In this document: piece by piece, positions 28,692-38,858 of the stretch
Position numbering within the stretch: position 1 is the stretch's first letter
How the letters are laid out: each line of letters starts with the position of its first letter
Assembly: GCA_963817525.1 (NCBI GenBank)
Contig: CAWFOU010000007.1
Coordinates: 736,001 to 800,000 of the forward strand
From: an uncultured archaeon
GTDB lineage: Archaea; Thermoproteota; Nitrososphaeria; Nitrososphaerales; Gagatemarchaeaceae
Direction of reading: 5' to 3'
DNA: 64,000 nucleotides
The notes under the pieces: generated by a model
The model's input: the letters and a program-made list of their open reading frames with translations, nothing else
Told to the model about the DNA's origin: nothing
Databases searched by the model: none
Made by a program: the position numbers and the translations under genes

Positions 28692-29379
28692 GCGAGAAGT
28701 AGAGCCGTCTGTTGCTCTTCCCCTTGTTCTCTATCTTGTTCACGACTATCTCGCCGATCTCGGAGGTGTTCTTGACGTGGACGCCCCCGTCGGCCTGCGT
28801 GTCTATCCACCCGATCTGCACTATCCTGAGCTCTGCGACGGCCGGAGGGAGCGCGTCCGCGAGCTTGACGAAGCCCGGCGTGTTGAGCGCCTCCTCCCTC
28901 TTCATGAAAAACGTCTTCACCTCCGCGCCGCCCGCGGCGGCCTCATTAGCCATCTTCACGTAGCCCCCGAACATGTCCCTGTCGAACGCCTCCAACGAGA
29001 AGTCGATCCTCGACTCGACCGGCGAGATCTGGTTCCCGGTGATCAGCGCCCCCGTCTCGCGGTTGACCACGGCGCAGAGGATGTGGGCTGTGGTGTGCAT
29101 CCTCATCACCCTATACCTCCTCTCCCAGTCGATGACCCCGTGCACCTCGTCGCCGGGCTTCAGCGACGCTCCCGCGCCGAGCACGTGGTATATCTCCTCG
29201 TCCTTCTTGACCACCTCGACCACCTCCGCCCCGTTGAGCCTCCCGACGTCCGAGACCAGGCCCCCGCCCCGCGGGTTGAACGCGGTCCTGTCGAGCCTCA
29301 CGCCGGCCTCCTCGACAGACTCGACCCTCGCGTCGAACTCGCGGAGGTACATGTCCTGCCAGAAGAGCTTCTCTGTCAT
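28681..29379 (-). CDS. alaX: Alanyl-tRNA editing protein AlaX
   Basis: LDRTAFNPRGGG, MRMHTTAH, QADGGVHV. Confidence 0.9.
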   Translation of the reverse strand: MTEKLFWQDMYLREFDARVESVEEAGVRLDRTAFNPRGGGLVSDVGRLNGAEVVEVVKKDEEIYHVLGAGASLKPGDEVHGVIDWERRYRVMRMHTTAHILCAVVNRETGALITGNQISPVESRIDFSLEAFDRDMFGGYVKMANEAAAGGAEVKTFFMKREEALNTPGFVKLADALPPAVAELRIVQIGWIDTQADGGVHVKNTSEIGEIVVNKIENKGKSNRRLYFSLKP

Positions 29380-29430
29380 GTTGCGCGCCTTGAATAAATA
29401 TCCGGGGGTGGCCGAGCCCGCGAAGACCCG

Positions 29431-29925
29431 TTGGTGAACAGGTCCAGGCTCCTGATAATGGTCGCCGTCCTAATCCCCCTCCTCGTCGTCGCCGCGGGCG
29501 TCCTTGTATATGATTCTACGCCGATCGCCAGCTCGCCGAACGCCCACTTTTCGAGCTTCACCGTGGGCGGGAAGACCTTCAAGCTGACCTACGTCGCGAC
29601 CAACCAGAGCGCCCTGGCAAAGGGCCTGATGGGTGCGAAGGTGACCTCGAGCACCTTCGAGCTCTTCGTCTTCCCCTCGGCGGGCACGTATTCCTTCTGG
29701 ATGTACGGGGTGAACTCGAGCCTCGACATAATGTGGTTGGACACGCCCCCGGGCTCGGACGCCGGGACCTTCGTCTACCTCGCCCTCGACGCGCCCCCTT
29801 GCCACCTCTCGGTCGCCTGCACCACGTATCAGCCCACCATGAAGGCGGACTATGTGATAGAGGCGCAGGCGGGCTTCGCCGCGGCCAACGGGATAGAGGC
29901 CGGGACCGCGGTGACCCTGAACTAG
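29431..29925 (+). CDS. DUF192 family membrane-anchored protein
   Basis: KGLM, FVFP, FWMYGV..LDIMW, YVIEAQAGF. Confidence 0.85.
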   Translation: MVNRSRLLIMVAVLIPLLVVAAGVLVYDSTPIASSPNAHFSSFTVGGKTFKLTYVATNQSALAKGLMGAKVTSSTFELFVFPSAGTYSFWMYGVNSSLDIMWLDTPPGSDAGTFVYLALDAPPCHLSVACTTYQPTMKADYVIEAQAGFAAANGIEAGTAVTLN

Positions 29926-31232
29926 AAGCTCGTTATCTTCGCCTGCGTCAGCTCCCTCGAGACGAGGACGGACGAGGCCTTCCACTTCTTCGTCGGGATC
30001 CTCATCTTCGCCAGCGCCTCGGCAAGTGCGGGGCCAAAGGAGTCGAACTTCGACGGCTTCTGCCTCATCAGCTGGCGGATGCTCTCCCTGACGTTCCAGA
30101 CCCCAAGCGGCATGATGTACCCGGGGTAAGTCTCGCGGAGGACGATGGCCGCAGCCTGCCTGCGCTCCGATTCTAGGGCCTCGCCGACCGCGAGCCTCGT
30201 GGAGTAGTAACAGCCGCCAACCTTCGCGTATGTCTTCCTCCCGAAGTACTCCTCGTAATCGCCGATGAGGTAGGGCTCCTTGTCGAACTTGTTCCAGGTC
30301 GTGTTAGGGAACCACGCCTCTATCCACTCGAACCTCCACGGCTCGGGGAGGAGGATCGCGACGTATTGGTTGTCGTAGACGAAGTATCGGTAGACCCTGT
30401 ACTCGTCGATGGTGGGGAACTCCTTGACTCTCTCGATGAGCTTGGAGCTTATCGTGCTGTCGACCGCGGTGATGCTCCAGCTCGTCGGGACCAGCCTCCT
30501 CCGTGCGCCCTCCCCGAACATCCCGATGCTCAGGGCCCTCTGGATGCGCGTCACCATGATGCCGTCCCTGTAGAGCGAGTAGATCGCGTCCGAGGCCTTG
30601 AGGTCGCGGTCGTAGTACGGCTTCTCTATCTTCCGCTCCACAGTCACGTTGGAAGTCTTGAACCTCTCCATCGGGGCCGAGGGCCCGAAGGGCTGCGTGT
30701 CTTCGCTGAGCGTGAGGACCCTCCTCGGGGCCTTTGAGAGTCGGAGCTCCGAGTCCACCGGCTTGGCCGCCATGGAGAGCTCCTGCAGCTGCTGCAGGGT
30801 CCTTCCAGGGTTCGCCGCGTCCTCGACGTTCGCCCTCGTGTTCCCCCTCACGAGGGAGTACCGATAGTCCACGATGGTCTCGAGCGGCCTCCCCAGCCAG
30901 AACTCGGGCGTGTCCATGATGGAGGTGTCCCCGTACTGGGGCGGGACCATAGGGCCTATCGAGACCTTCGGGTAGCCTATCCTCCCCACGAAGACGCCGG
31001 GCGGGGACGACCCGGAGACCTGGTCGCTGTAGGAGAAGTTCGACCTGCCGATGGACTCGGCCTTTACGATTATGGGGCACCGCGGCTTGCCGCAGAGAAG
31101 CTTCGCTCCGCGACACTGCAAACACATCCAGCCCGGGGGCGCCTCCACCACCTCGATCGAGCGTGCGACCTCCTCGAAGCCGACCCTCTCGGCCGAGATT
31201 ACGTTCGATAGCCAGGTGATTCTGCGGGGCAG
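29922..31232 (-). CDS. nreA: Archaeal DNA repair protein Nre with C-terminal PIP box (start probably CTG 31232)
   Basis: CLQCRG..LLCGKPRCP, GSSPPGVFVGRIGYPKV, GGCYYS.RL, C-terminal QAKITSF; frame open upstream of the called GTG to a CTG about 27 nt below a TTTAA box. Confidence 0.9.
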   Translation of the reverse strand: MPRRITWLSNVISAERVGFEEVARSIEVVEAPPGWMCLQCRGAKLLCGKPRCPIIVKAESIGRSNFSYSDQVSGSSPPGVFVGRIGYPKVSIGPMVPPQYGDTSIMDTPEFWLGRPLETIVDYRYSLVRGNTRANVEDAANPGRTLQQLQELSMAAKPVDSELRLSKAPRRVLTLSEDTQPFGPSAPMERFKTSNVTVERKIEKPYYDRDLKASDAIYSLYRDGIMVTRIQRALSIGMFGEGARRRLVPTSWSITAVDSTISSKLIERVKEFPTIDEYRVYRYFVYDNQYVAILLPEPWRFEWIEAWFPNTTWNKFDKEPYLIGDYEEYFGRKTYAKVGGCYYSTRLAVGEALESERRQAAAIVLRETYPGYIMPLGVWNVRESIRQLMRQKPSKFDSFGPALAEALAKMRIPTKKWKASSVLVSRELTQAKITSF

Positions 31233-31272
31233 GTCAAGGCTGCAATGCCCCCGGCCTCTTAAAGTCCTACGC

Positions 31273-33282
31273 TCACCGGGCGACCCTTGACTCGCCGTCT
31301 ACCTTGGTGACCCTGAAGACCTGGTCCGCCATGCTCTCGAGCTCCCTCTCGTGAGAGACGATTATCACCTGCGGGTTGGCAATCTCGTCGAGTATCTCCC
31401 TCACCTTTCCGAGCTGCTCCTTGCTGAACCCGTCGGTGGGCTCGTCGAGGATGAGCGCGCTCGGGCCTGTCTCCGCGTACTTTTGGACGATCTGGCTCAA
31501 CGACAGCCTGTACGCGAGCGCCACGCTCGTCCTCTCCCCGCCGCTGAGGAACTCCACGTCCTGGTCGTACCCCCCCTGGTCGACGATTGGGGAGAACTCC
31601 TCGTCGACCCTCGCCTCCTTCCCGGCGTCGTCGACCAGCGTCCCGAACCACTTTTGGAAGCTCGCGCCAAACTCGCGGTTTATCGACGTCATTACGTGCC
31701 TCTCTATCGACTCCAGCGTCGGGACGAAGAACTCCTCCAGCCAGATCTCCCTCTCCCCGAGGGCCATGGCCTTGGCGGCCGACTTCTCCTTGCGGGCGAC
31801 CGCCTCCGCGCTCCTCTTCGCGTCCTCCCTCCACTTCCTCACGTCGCTCTTTAGGCCCGCGGCCCTGTCCCTCGTCGCCTTGAGGTCCCTGTGGACCGAC
31901 TCGATCTTCCGCTGGAGCTCGTCCAGGCCCTTCGCCTCGCCCTGGAGGACCTCCACCATCGCGTCCAGCTCAGTCAGCTTCTTCTGCCCGGCGTCGAGGT
32001 CGGCCTTGACGGAAGCCAGCCGCTTGCCCTTCCTCTCCCTCTCCTCGGAGTAGTCCTTCGAAAGGGCCTTCGCCCTCTCCGCGCCCGCGAGGAGCTCGTC
32101 GTACTCCCTCCTGCTCTCGAGCAGGCCGTCCGTGTCGCGCAGCTCCTTGGTCAGCCGTTCTAGGTGCGCCGAGTTCCTCTTCTCTTCCGCCGTGAGGCCC
32201 TCGACCTTCCCGCTGAGGACCGCGGCGTCCGCCTCGCTGTCGCAGACGGGGCACCTCCCCAGCCTGGCCACCGACTCGTACTGGCCTATCTTCGTGCCGA
32301 TCTCGGCCTCCGAAGCCTTGTGCCTCGCTATCTCCTCGCGGACGGCCTCTAAGGCCGCCTTGAGCTCCCTCACCGTCTTCTCGGTGGGAGGGGGGCCCGC
32401 CTCCGTGGTGGAGCCCAGCTCCTCCCTCTTCCTCTCAGCCCTCTCGACCTCCGCGGCCAGCTCGTCGACCTCCCGCCTCAGGCTCCTGACCTCCCGCATC
32501 CGCGACTCGCGCTCCTTGGAGGTGCTCGCGAGCTGCACCTCCACCTCGTGAAGGCTCTGCCTCTTCTCCTCGAGCCTCACGAGGGCCTTTGTCTGCTCCT
32601 CCTCCTCGCGGTCGAGCCCCGCGAGCTCCTCGTCTCCCCTGCTCGCCCTGGCGTCCAGCTCCTGTGCCTCCTTCCTGAGAGCGGGGATATCCCTCGCCGC
32701 GCCCTCGAACTGCGAGCGCTTGTCGTGGACCTTTCGAGAGAGCTCCTTTGCGTTCTCCATCGCCAGCTTGTATTCCTCGACGCCGAACGCCCTGCGCAGT
32801 ATAGAGAGCCTGTCGGTAGGCCTGAGGCCCAGGATGAACTTCATCTCCTCCTGCGGCGAATAGATGGCGTACTGGTAGATGAGGCTCCTCGCCTTGGGCT
32901 CCGTTGACTCGCGGAACCCGAGGATGGCGAGGATGCGCTCCTTCATCTCCGTGGGCGGATAGTCCTCCTCGCCGTCGGGCCCCCTGAGTTTCCCCTCGAC
33001 CTGCTGAATGGACCCGCCCTTCTTCGCTAGGACCCTCCGCACCCAGAACTCCTTCCCTCCAGCCTCGAACTCGAGCTCCACGCTCCCCTTGCTCTCGCCC
33101 ACCCGGAGCAGCGACGATGCCCTCGCGCTCCCCAGGCCGAAGAGGGCGAACTCCACCGCCATCAGGATGGTGGACTTGCCCGACCCGATGTCCCCCGAGA
33201 ACAGAGTCCTCCCCCGAGGGAAATCGAGGTCGGCGCTCTTGTAGCTCCTGATGCACTCCATCCTCAGGCGCCTGATTATCAC
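31273..33282 (-). CDS. rad50: Rad50 ATPase
   Basis: Walker A GDIGSGKST, CPVC zinc hook, LSGGE, LILDEPT, SH; next to mre11. Confidence 0.92.
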   Translation of the reverse strand: MIIRRLRMECIRSYKSADLDFPRGRTLFSGDIGSGKSTILMAVEFALFGLGSARASSLLRVGESKGSVELEFEAGGKEFWVRRVLAKKGGSIQQVEGKLRGPDGEEDYPPTEMKERILAILGFRESTEPKARSLIYQYAIYSPQEEMKFILGLRPTDRLSILRRAFGVEEYKLAMENAKELSRKVHDKRSQFEGAARDIPALRKEAQELDARASRGDEELAGLDREEEEQTKALVRLEEKRQSLHEVEVQLASTSKERESRMREVRSLRREVDELAAEVERAERKREELGSTTEAGPPPTEKTVRELKAALEAVREEIARHKASEAEIGTKIGQYESVARLGRCPVCDSEADAAVLSGKVEGLTAEEKRNSAHLERLTKELRDTDGLLESRREYDELLAGAERAKALSKDYSEERERKGKRLASVKADLDAGQKKLTELDAMVEVLQGEAKGLDELQRKIESVHRDLKATRDRAAGLKSDVRKWREDAKRSAEAVARKEKSAAKAMALGEREIWLEEFFVPTLESIERHVMTSINREFGASFQKWFGTLVDDAGKEARVDEEFSPIVDQGGYDQDVEFLSGGERTSVALAYRLSLSQIVQKYAETGPSALILDEPTDGFSKEQLGKVREILDEIANPQVIIVSHERELESMADQVFRVTKVDGESRVAR

Positions 33283-34550
33283 TCGACCGCCTCCTCCAGC
33301 AGCTCCTTTGCGAGCAAGGCTTGCGCGCCCGCGTCCATGACCCTCTTGGAGTAGTCCCTCTTCGACTCCATAGTCTTCTGCCCCTGCCTGAGCAGCCTCA
33401 GGAGCTCCGCCGCGCGCTCTAGCCCGCCCTCGCCCGTGAGCTCCCTCGTCGTGAGCTTGAGGCCCCCGATGTTCTCCTTGAAGAGGCTCCTCTCGATCGC
33501 CGTCGGGTCCTCCCCGACCACCTTCACCTGGGCCTGCTCCTTTGAGGTCAGGCCGTGCCTGTTGACGTAGACGTAGAGGGCGCCCCTCCCTTCCATCCCC
33601 CTCTTTGCCGCCTGGGCGTCCACCTCGGTGGTCTTCCCGCCCGCGAGCTCTCCCACCACCCTCACCGCGACCACCTTCCCCCCGACGTCGAGTCTAGAGG
33701 CCTTCTCCAGGAGGAGCTTGTTCGCCTCCATCGAGTTCATCCCCGCCGCGTCGAACTCCAGGTAGGCGCCGGTTATGCTCTTCACTGGGACGAACCTGAT
33801 CCCCCTGAACCTATCGTCAAAGTCGACCACGTAGAACCCCCTCCTCTCTCCCCTCGCCGTCATCTCGAGGTCCTTCCCGCCGTATCCCGTGAATAGCGGC
33901 CCAGGGAAGACGACCCTCGGGTAACCGGGGAGGTGGTACTCGCCCCTCTGGTGGATGTGCCCGCCCGCGTAGTAGTCGAACCCCTTGGGTAGGCTCTCGA
34001 TGTCGAGGGTCTCCATCTCGCTGAGGTAGTCCGGCTTGAACTGGGTTATCCCGCTGTGGAAGGCGAAGACCTTGAACCCGGGCTCCTTCTCGAGAGAGTC
34101 CCTGTCGAGGATGTCGTATTGCTTGCTCTCCAGCCCGACCTTCCTCGCCGAGATCCCTGTGAGCTTCGCGCCCGTCTCGGGGTCGACGAACATCTTGAGC
34201 CTGAGCCGCCCGTCCTCCATCGAGGCCCGCATGACGTTGGTGAGGAGGCCCGCGGTGTGGAGGACGTCGATCACCGACGTGCCCGTGGGGGTGTAGTCGT
34301 GGCTCCCGTAGATTGCGTAGACCGGAATCCTCGCCTCCCTGAGCTCCCTCATCTTCCTGACCGCGTCGTTGACTATGCCCAGGTCGGGGACGCCCGTGTC
34401 GAAGAGGTCGCCTGAGATCAAGACGAAGTCCACCGCCTCGTCGATGCACATGTCCACAGCCTCCGCGAAGCACTTGCGCTCGAGGTCCCTGAGCGCCGGC
34501 TCCCTGTGCGCCCCGAGGTGGACGTCTGACATGTGGGCGAACTTGCTCAA
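33279..34550 (-). CDS. mre11: Mre11 nuclease
   Basis: SDVHLG, GDLFD, GSHD, FH, GGHIH. Confidence 0.92.
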   Translation of the reverse strand: MSKFAHMSDVHLGAHREPALRDLERKCFAEAVDMCIDEAVDFVLISGDLFDTGVPDLGIVNDAVRKMRELREARIPVYAIYGSHDYTPTGTSVIDVLHTAGLLTNVMRASMEDGRLRLKMFVDPETGAKLTGISARKVGLESKQYDILDRDSLEKEPGFKVFAFHSGITQFKPDYLSEMETLDIESLPKGFDYYAGGHIHQRGEYHLPGYPRVVFPGPLFTGYGGKDLEMTARGERRGFYVVDFDDRFRGIRFVPVKSITGAYLEFDAAGMNSMEANKLLLEKASRLDVGGKVVAVRVVGELAGGKTTEVDAQAAKRGMEGRGALYVYVNRHGLTSKEQAQVKVVGEDPTAIERSLFKENIGGLKLTTRELTGEGGLERAAELLRLLRQGQKTMESKRDYSKRVMDAGAQALLAKELLEEAVE

Positions 34551-34664
34551 GGGGAACTCCAGCGGCCACCGGCGCCGACGCTACTTAATTCTGTCACGCA
34601 CCGGAGACCGCACGCTCGGGAGATAGACGCTTGAACCACTCGCCTTTTATCTCGCACCGGCAGC

Positions 34665-35438
34665 ATGGCCCCAATGGCCAGAGGAGGATTGGCCACCGCT
34701 GCCATAGTGGGCATCGTAGTGGTCGTGCTAGTAGGCGCGGGGGTCTTCGGCTACATGTTTCTTGCGCCCTCGAGCCACAACTCTAGCACCACTACCCAGA
34801 GCACTTCGACGACCACCTCCGCGACCATCACCACCACCTCGACAACGGAGGGCAACGTGGTGATCAGCAACGCCGCGGTCTCTAACAGCAGCCTCCTGGT
34901 GACGATTCAGAACACGGGGGCGCAGCCCGTCTCAATAAGCTCCCTGCTCGTAACGCCGGGGAGCGGATGCTCCTCCACGTCCTTCTTCGGGTCCACGACC
35001 GCGTCAAGCACTTCGGCGAGCACCTCTAGCGCCTCGCAGACGAACCAGACCCGCACTGGGTTCGCGCTGCCGGCCTGCATGGAGGGTGCCGTCGTGTTCA
35101 CGGTGCAAAGCAACAGCACCCTGAAGCCGATAGCGCTAGGGCAATTCAACTTCACCCACGCCTTCAACTCCACGAAGTTCTCCCGGACGTTCTCGCGTAA
35201 TGCCTCTAGGACCTTCTCCGCCAACTCCTCGCGGACCATCTCCGGGAACTTCACCAGGGGTGGTTTCCCCGGATTTGCAGGCAACGTCACGGGGGGCGGG
35301 GTCCAGCTGGCGGCGGGCCAGTCAGTGACCTTGACTTATGTCGGGCAGATGGGGTCGGGCGTGACCGAAGGGAGCCAGTACACCATCATGGTGACAGGTC
35401 AAGGGGCGGACGCGCAGATCACCCTGAAAGCCACCTAG
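34665..35438 (+). CDS. Membrane-anchored Ser/Thr-rich glycoprotein with pilin-like N-terminus
   Basis: MARGG-LATAAIVGIVVVVLV N-terminus, Thr/Ser linkers, many NxS/T sequons. Confidence 0.65.
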   Translation: MAPMARGGLATAAIVGIVVVVLVGAGVFGYMFLAPSSHNSSTTTQSTSTTTSATITTTSTTEGNVVISNAAVSNSSLLVTIQNTGAQPVSISSLLVTPGSGCSSTSFFGSTTASSTSASTSSASQTNQTRTGFALPACMEGAVVFTVQSNSTLKPIALGQFNFTHAFNSTKFSRTFSRNASRTFSANSSRTISGNFTRGGFPGFAGNVTGGGVQLAAGQSVTLTYVGQMGSGVTEGSQYTIMVTGQGADAQITLKAT

Positions 35439-35503
35439 CCTCCCTGGGCCTAGATTTTGATTGACCGATGGAGGGGGGCTGTAGACCTCCCCTCCACCGA
35501 CTT

Positions 35504-35799
35504 CGACACGTGTCGGCACGTAGTCCTCCTTTTGTTCTAGGCGGGATTCAGCTCAGCGGCCTACCTTGGTCTGGTGCAGGCGCGTCGTCGACCATGTTCG
35601 GCCTTGCTCTGCACGGGTCAGCCGTTTCATCCCGTTCCCGTCGACCTCGGGATCGCTCCTTCATCGCTCTTGACGGGACGGGTCTCGTTTCTGTTCTGTT
35701 GCCAGCCGTCTCCGACTACGTCTCTCGGCGTCGTGCATCCTGCAGTGAGGGAGGAACTTCCCCAGGAGATCCCCGTGGCCCACCCGCCGACTCGCATCG
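35504..35799 (-). ncRNA. rnpB: RNase P RNA
   Basis: Minus strand has GGGGAAGUUCCUCCC (CR I), CAGAAAC, GAUGAAACGG, GCAAG and AACAAAAGGAGGACUA (CR V); terminal P1 pairing. Confidence 0.9.
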
Positions 35800-35849
35800 C
35801 CTCTTGAACGAGCTCTCTTCGGAATTAAGCGTTTCTTTAGACTCGAGAT

Positions 35850-36383
35850 CTAGCCTCGGAAGGCAGTCCGCACCTCGGTGTTTTGCAGTTGTGGGAAGAA
35901 GCTCTTCTCGATTTCCTTGACCTCGTCCTCTGACTCCGCCCTCGCGTACTCCTCCAACGGGTCGTGGTTGAGCGTCTCAAAGGTGGGACCCCACTTGTAG
36001 ATGTTCAGGAACGACCTCGCATCCTCCTGCTCGCCGAGTATGAACAAGGTCGCCGCGACCGCCTCCACTGAGCTGAGGATGCCAAGCCTCGAGTAGTTGG
36101 TCGGGTTCGCCGCGAGGAGCGCGGGCAGCTGCCTGTGCTTCCCGCCTATCTTCCTGAAGAAGACCTCCTGGGCGAGGTTCCAGGAGCAGTCTATCGCCAA
36201 GATGGACTTGCAGCTCCGGTCAAGAGGGGTGAGGAGCTGGCCGGCGAAGGGGTTGAGGACGACGGTCGTGTTGGAGGCGTGGAACTTCCTGGTTACCTCA
36301 GTCGCCAGGCCCATGTGCGCCATCTTCTTGGCGGTGCACTTCGCAGGGTCGTCCTGCCCATAATCGATAACGAAGACGTTCAA
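35850..36383 (-). CDS. tsr3: 16S rRNA aminocarboxypropyltransferase Tsr3
   Basis: QDDPAKCTAKKM, IDCSW, LPALLAANPTNY, LSSVEA, KWGPTF..LN. Confidence 0.93.
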   Translation of the reverse strand: MNVFVIDYGQDDPAKCTAKKMAHMGLATEVTRKFHASNTTVVLNPFAGQLLTPLDRSCKSILAIDCSWNLAQEVFFRKIGGKHRQLPALLAANPTNYSRLGILSSVEAVAATLFILGEQEDARSFLNIYKWGPTFETLNHDPLEEYARAESEDEVKEIEKSFFPQLQNTEVRTAFRG

Positions 36384-36481
36384 GGTGCTAACACGAGTCC
36401 TTTGGTCAAAGAATCGACGCGAAGAGGGGCTAATATATCCTCGCGGACAGGACGCCCAGCGGAAGCCTAGATGGTGAGAGC

Positions 36482-37291
36482 GTGAGCGTCGGCAGGCCGA
36501 TCGACGTCAGAGACGTTCTCGTCAGGTCCGCGCAGATAATCCGCGCGCAGCCGCTCCTCCTCGTCCCCCAGTTGATCATCCTGGTTCCCACGGTCCTCGG
36601 CGACGCCCTGGGGGGGTCGGCGACCCTCGACGCACTCAGGCTGGTCGCGACGATACTCTCGTTCGTGTTCTTCGTGATAGCGAGCGGAGCGTACCCGCCC
36701 CTGGTCAAGACCGTCATTGAGGGAGGCCAGATATCCGTGACCGACGCCCTCGTAGGCGCGTCTCGCAAGTTCTGGACGCTCCTCCTCGCGAGCATCCTCG
36801 TCATCATCATCGTGGGGGTAGGCCTCATAGCCTTGGTAGTCCCCGGCGTGATTCTCTGGACGTGGTATGCCTACACCATCCCCAGCGTGATGCTGGATGG
36901 CAAGGGGGTGACCGGGGCAATGTCGGCGAGCAAAGCGTTCGGGGGCGACAAGAAGATGCGCACATTTCTCATTGGCCTCGCAGCCGTGGTCGTGATCCTA
37001 GTGATCCTCATCGTCGAAGCCGTATTCTCGCTGGCTTCTCCCTTTGTCGGGGACATCGTCTATGACATCCTGCTTGTGTTTCTCGGGGCGTGGCTCTCCG
37101 TGGTCTTGGCGTACACCTACCTCATCTACGGCCCGTCGCCAGTCGCCAACCAGTCTCAGCCCACAGGTTTTAGGCCGCCTCAGGTCCCGACTCAACCGGC
37201 GGTCGGGGCGTCAGGGAACTACTGCCAGTCTTGCGGCTCGCTCATCCCAGCGGGCTCGAAGAACTGCACCGCCTGCGGCAAGCCCATCTGA
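36482..37291 (+). CDS. Multi-pass membrane protein with C-terminal zinc ribbon
   Basis: About six TMs, then YCQSCG...NCTACG. Confidence 0.75.
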   Translation: MSVGRPIDVRDVLVRSAQIIRAQPLLLVPQLIILVPTVLGDALGGSATLDALRLVATILSFVFFVIASGAYPPLVKTVIEGGQISVTDALVGASRKFWTLLLASILVIIIVGVGLIALVVPGVILWTWYAYTIPSVMLDGKGVTGAMSASKAFGGDKKMRTFLIGLAAVVVILVILIVEAVFSLASPFVGDIVYDILLVFLGAWLSVVLAYTYLIYGPSPVANQSQPTGFRPPQVPTQPAVGASGNYCQSCGSLIPAGSKNCTACGKPI

Positions 37292-37339
37292 GGTCGGCAC
37301 CCCGACAGCATGCTTTAACCCGGACCGCCCGCCCTCGCA

Positions 37340-37846
37340 ATGGCGATGCCAGCCCCCACCACCCAAGGGCCGCCGCCCCCGTCCGACCTGGTCAGGGGAG
37401 AGGGGCCCTACTGGAAGATGGCGGACGTGAAGGGCCTCATCGTGCGGCACCTCGTCACCGGATACCTGATCACCAACTACCGTTGCTTCATCTGGGACGT
37501 GGAGAGGAACGTCGTCACGGCCAACGTCCCGATAGATCTGGCCGACGTGACGGTCGAAGGGCGGAGGAAGGGGAGGAGGTCGAAGCGAGGAGGCAACTTC
37601 ATCGTGCCCCAGACGGTCAACTATTACCAGCCGACCATGGGCGAGCCGGTGGAGATAGGCGACCTCTACTTCCTGGTGAAGGGCGAGGCTGTGATGGTCT
37701 TCAAGGACGTCGCCGAGCCGCTCAACGTCAAAGCCCTGATAGACGCCCTGAAGGCGCACGCGAAGGCCCACATGAGGGCGCCCCGTGGCCTGGGAGTGGA
37801 CTCCCTCTGGAGCGAAAAAGGGCAGGCGTCTGGAGAGCGCACGTGA
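37340..37846 (+). CDS. Hypothetical protein (possibly bPH-like fold)
   Basis: Host-like codons, YLITNYR motif, TTTAA box upstream. Confidence 0.6.
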   Translation: MAMPAPTTQGPPPPSDLVRGEGPYWKMADVKGLIVRHLVTGYLITNYRCFIWDVERNVVTANVPIDLADVTVEGRRKGRRSKRGGNFIVPQTVNYYQPTMGEPVEIGDLYFLVKGEAVMVFKDVAEPLNVKALIDALKAHAKAHMRAPRGLGVDSLWSEKGQASGERT

Positions 37847-37897
37847 GCCCGAAAAGAAAACATACGGGGTGACTGGAGTCCCATCGGTGAGCCCGCG

Positions 37898-38329
37898 TTG
37901 ATGAAGATCGAGCTTTCGTCAGAAGAGCTTGCCGAGGAGCTCCAGAAGCACCTCCAAGACAAGAGGTTCACGGGCGGGAGCTACGACCAGGCACGAAGGA
38001 CCATCGAGTTCTCCGACGACCTGAGCCCGGCACAATGGGCGAGCCTCAGAGGCACGGTCGAAAAGTGGGCGAGAGGGAAGAATCTAGGGATCGAGGAATC
38101 GCTCAAGATCCAGGCCCCCATCCCCGAGGAGCCGCAGGCCAAGGAGAGGGCGAGAGAGCAGCAGGCAGAGATGAAGAAGAGACTGGCAGGCCTGACGCTC
38201 CAGGAGGCGGAGGCGCGATTCAACTTCCTCCAGAGCAAGTCGTTCAGCGAGCTGACGGACGCCGAATACGAGGAGCGGCTCGCTTTGGCGGAGACGCTTT
38301 CGCAAAAATCCAAGGGCGCAAAGCGATGA
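37898..38329 (+). CDS. Hypothetical protein
   Basis: Host-like codon usage, GGTGA upstream. Confidence 0.6.
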   Translation: MMKIELSSEELAEELQKHLQDKRFTGGSYDQARRTIEFSDDLSPAQWASLRGTVEKWARGKNLGIEESLKIQAPIPEEPQAKERAREQQAEMKKRLAGLTLQEAEARFNFLQSKSFSELTDAEYEERLALAETLSQKSKGAKR

Positions 38330-38370
38330 CCCTTCCCAAGCCAGCTTGGGTGAAATCGCAGGAATGTCGT

Positions 38371-38580
38371 TCACGCATATCTCGCGAAGTCATCTCTGTC
38401 TATCCTAGCGTCGTTTAGGATGGATAGCAGAGTCCCCTTGTCGAGTTCGGGATGAAGAGGGACTGTGATGAACGAGGCGTCATTGGTCAGCGTGACGTGG
38501 CTCCCCCTTTGACGAAGGACCCTGAAGCCGAAGTTCTTCGTCAGGATTTTGACCAACTTCTGACCTGAGACGACCGGCAG
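38371..38580 (-). CDS. hicA: HicA family mRNA interferase toxin (start uncertain)
   Basis: LPVVSGQKLVKIL...GF...RQRGSHV...VPLHPELDKGTLLSIL. Confidence 0.85.
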   Translation of the reverse strand: MPVVSGQKLVKILTKNFGFRVLRQRGSHVTLTNDASFITVPLHPELDKGTLLSILNDARIDRDDFARYA

Positions 38581-38585
38581 CCTAG

Positions 38586-38801
38586 CTAACTGGCCGAGAC
38601 CAACTGCCCTTCTTCTATCGCCACGTTGCCGTGTTCGATGGCGTAATCGGCCATCGCCTCCAAGTGCACCTGAATGGCCTCCCTCAGGTTCTTCTTCGCT
38701 TCTGCGCGCGTCTTGCCTTGAGTGGTGATCCCCAGCTCCGGGACCCGCGCCACAAAATACTTGCTCCCCTTGACTATCTTGACTGTGAACTTCATGGACA
38801 A
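38586..38801 (-). CDS. hicB: Short HicB family antitoxin
   Basis: FVARVPELGITTQGKTRAEAKKNLREAI. Confidence 0.88.
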   Translation of the reverse strand: MSMKFTVKIVKGSKYFVARVPELGITTQGKTRAEAKKNLREAIQVHLEAMADYAIEHGNVAIEEGQLVSAS

Positions 38802-38858
38802 GGCTAGCGCAAATATGCTGGAATTCTATTTAAGCGAATCTGCATATCTCGGCAATGC

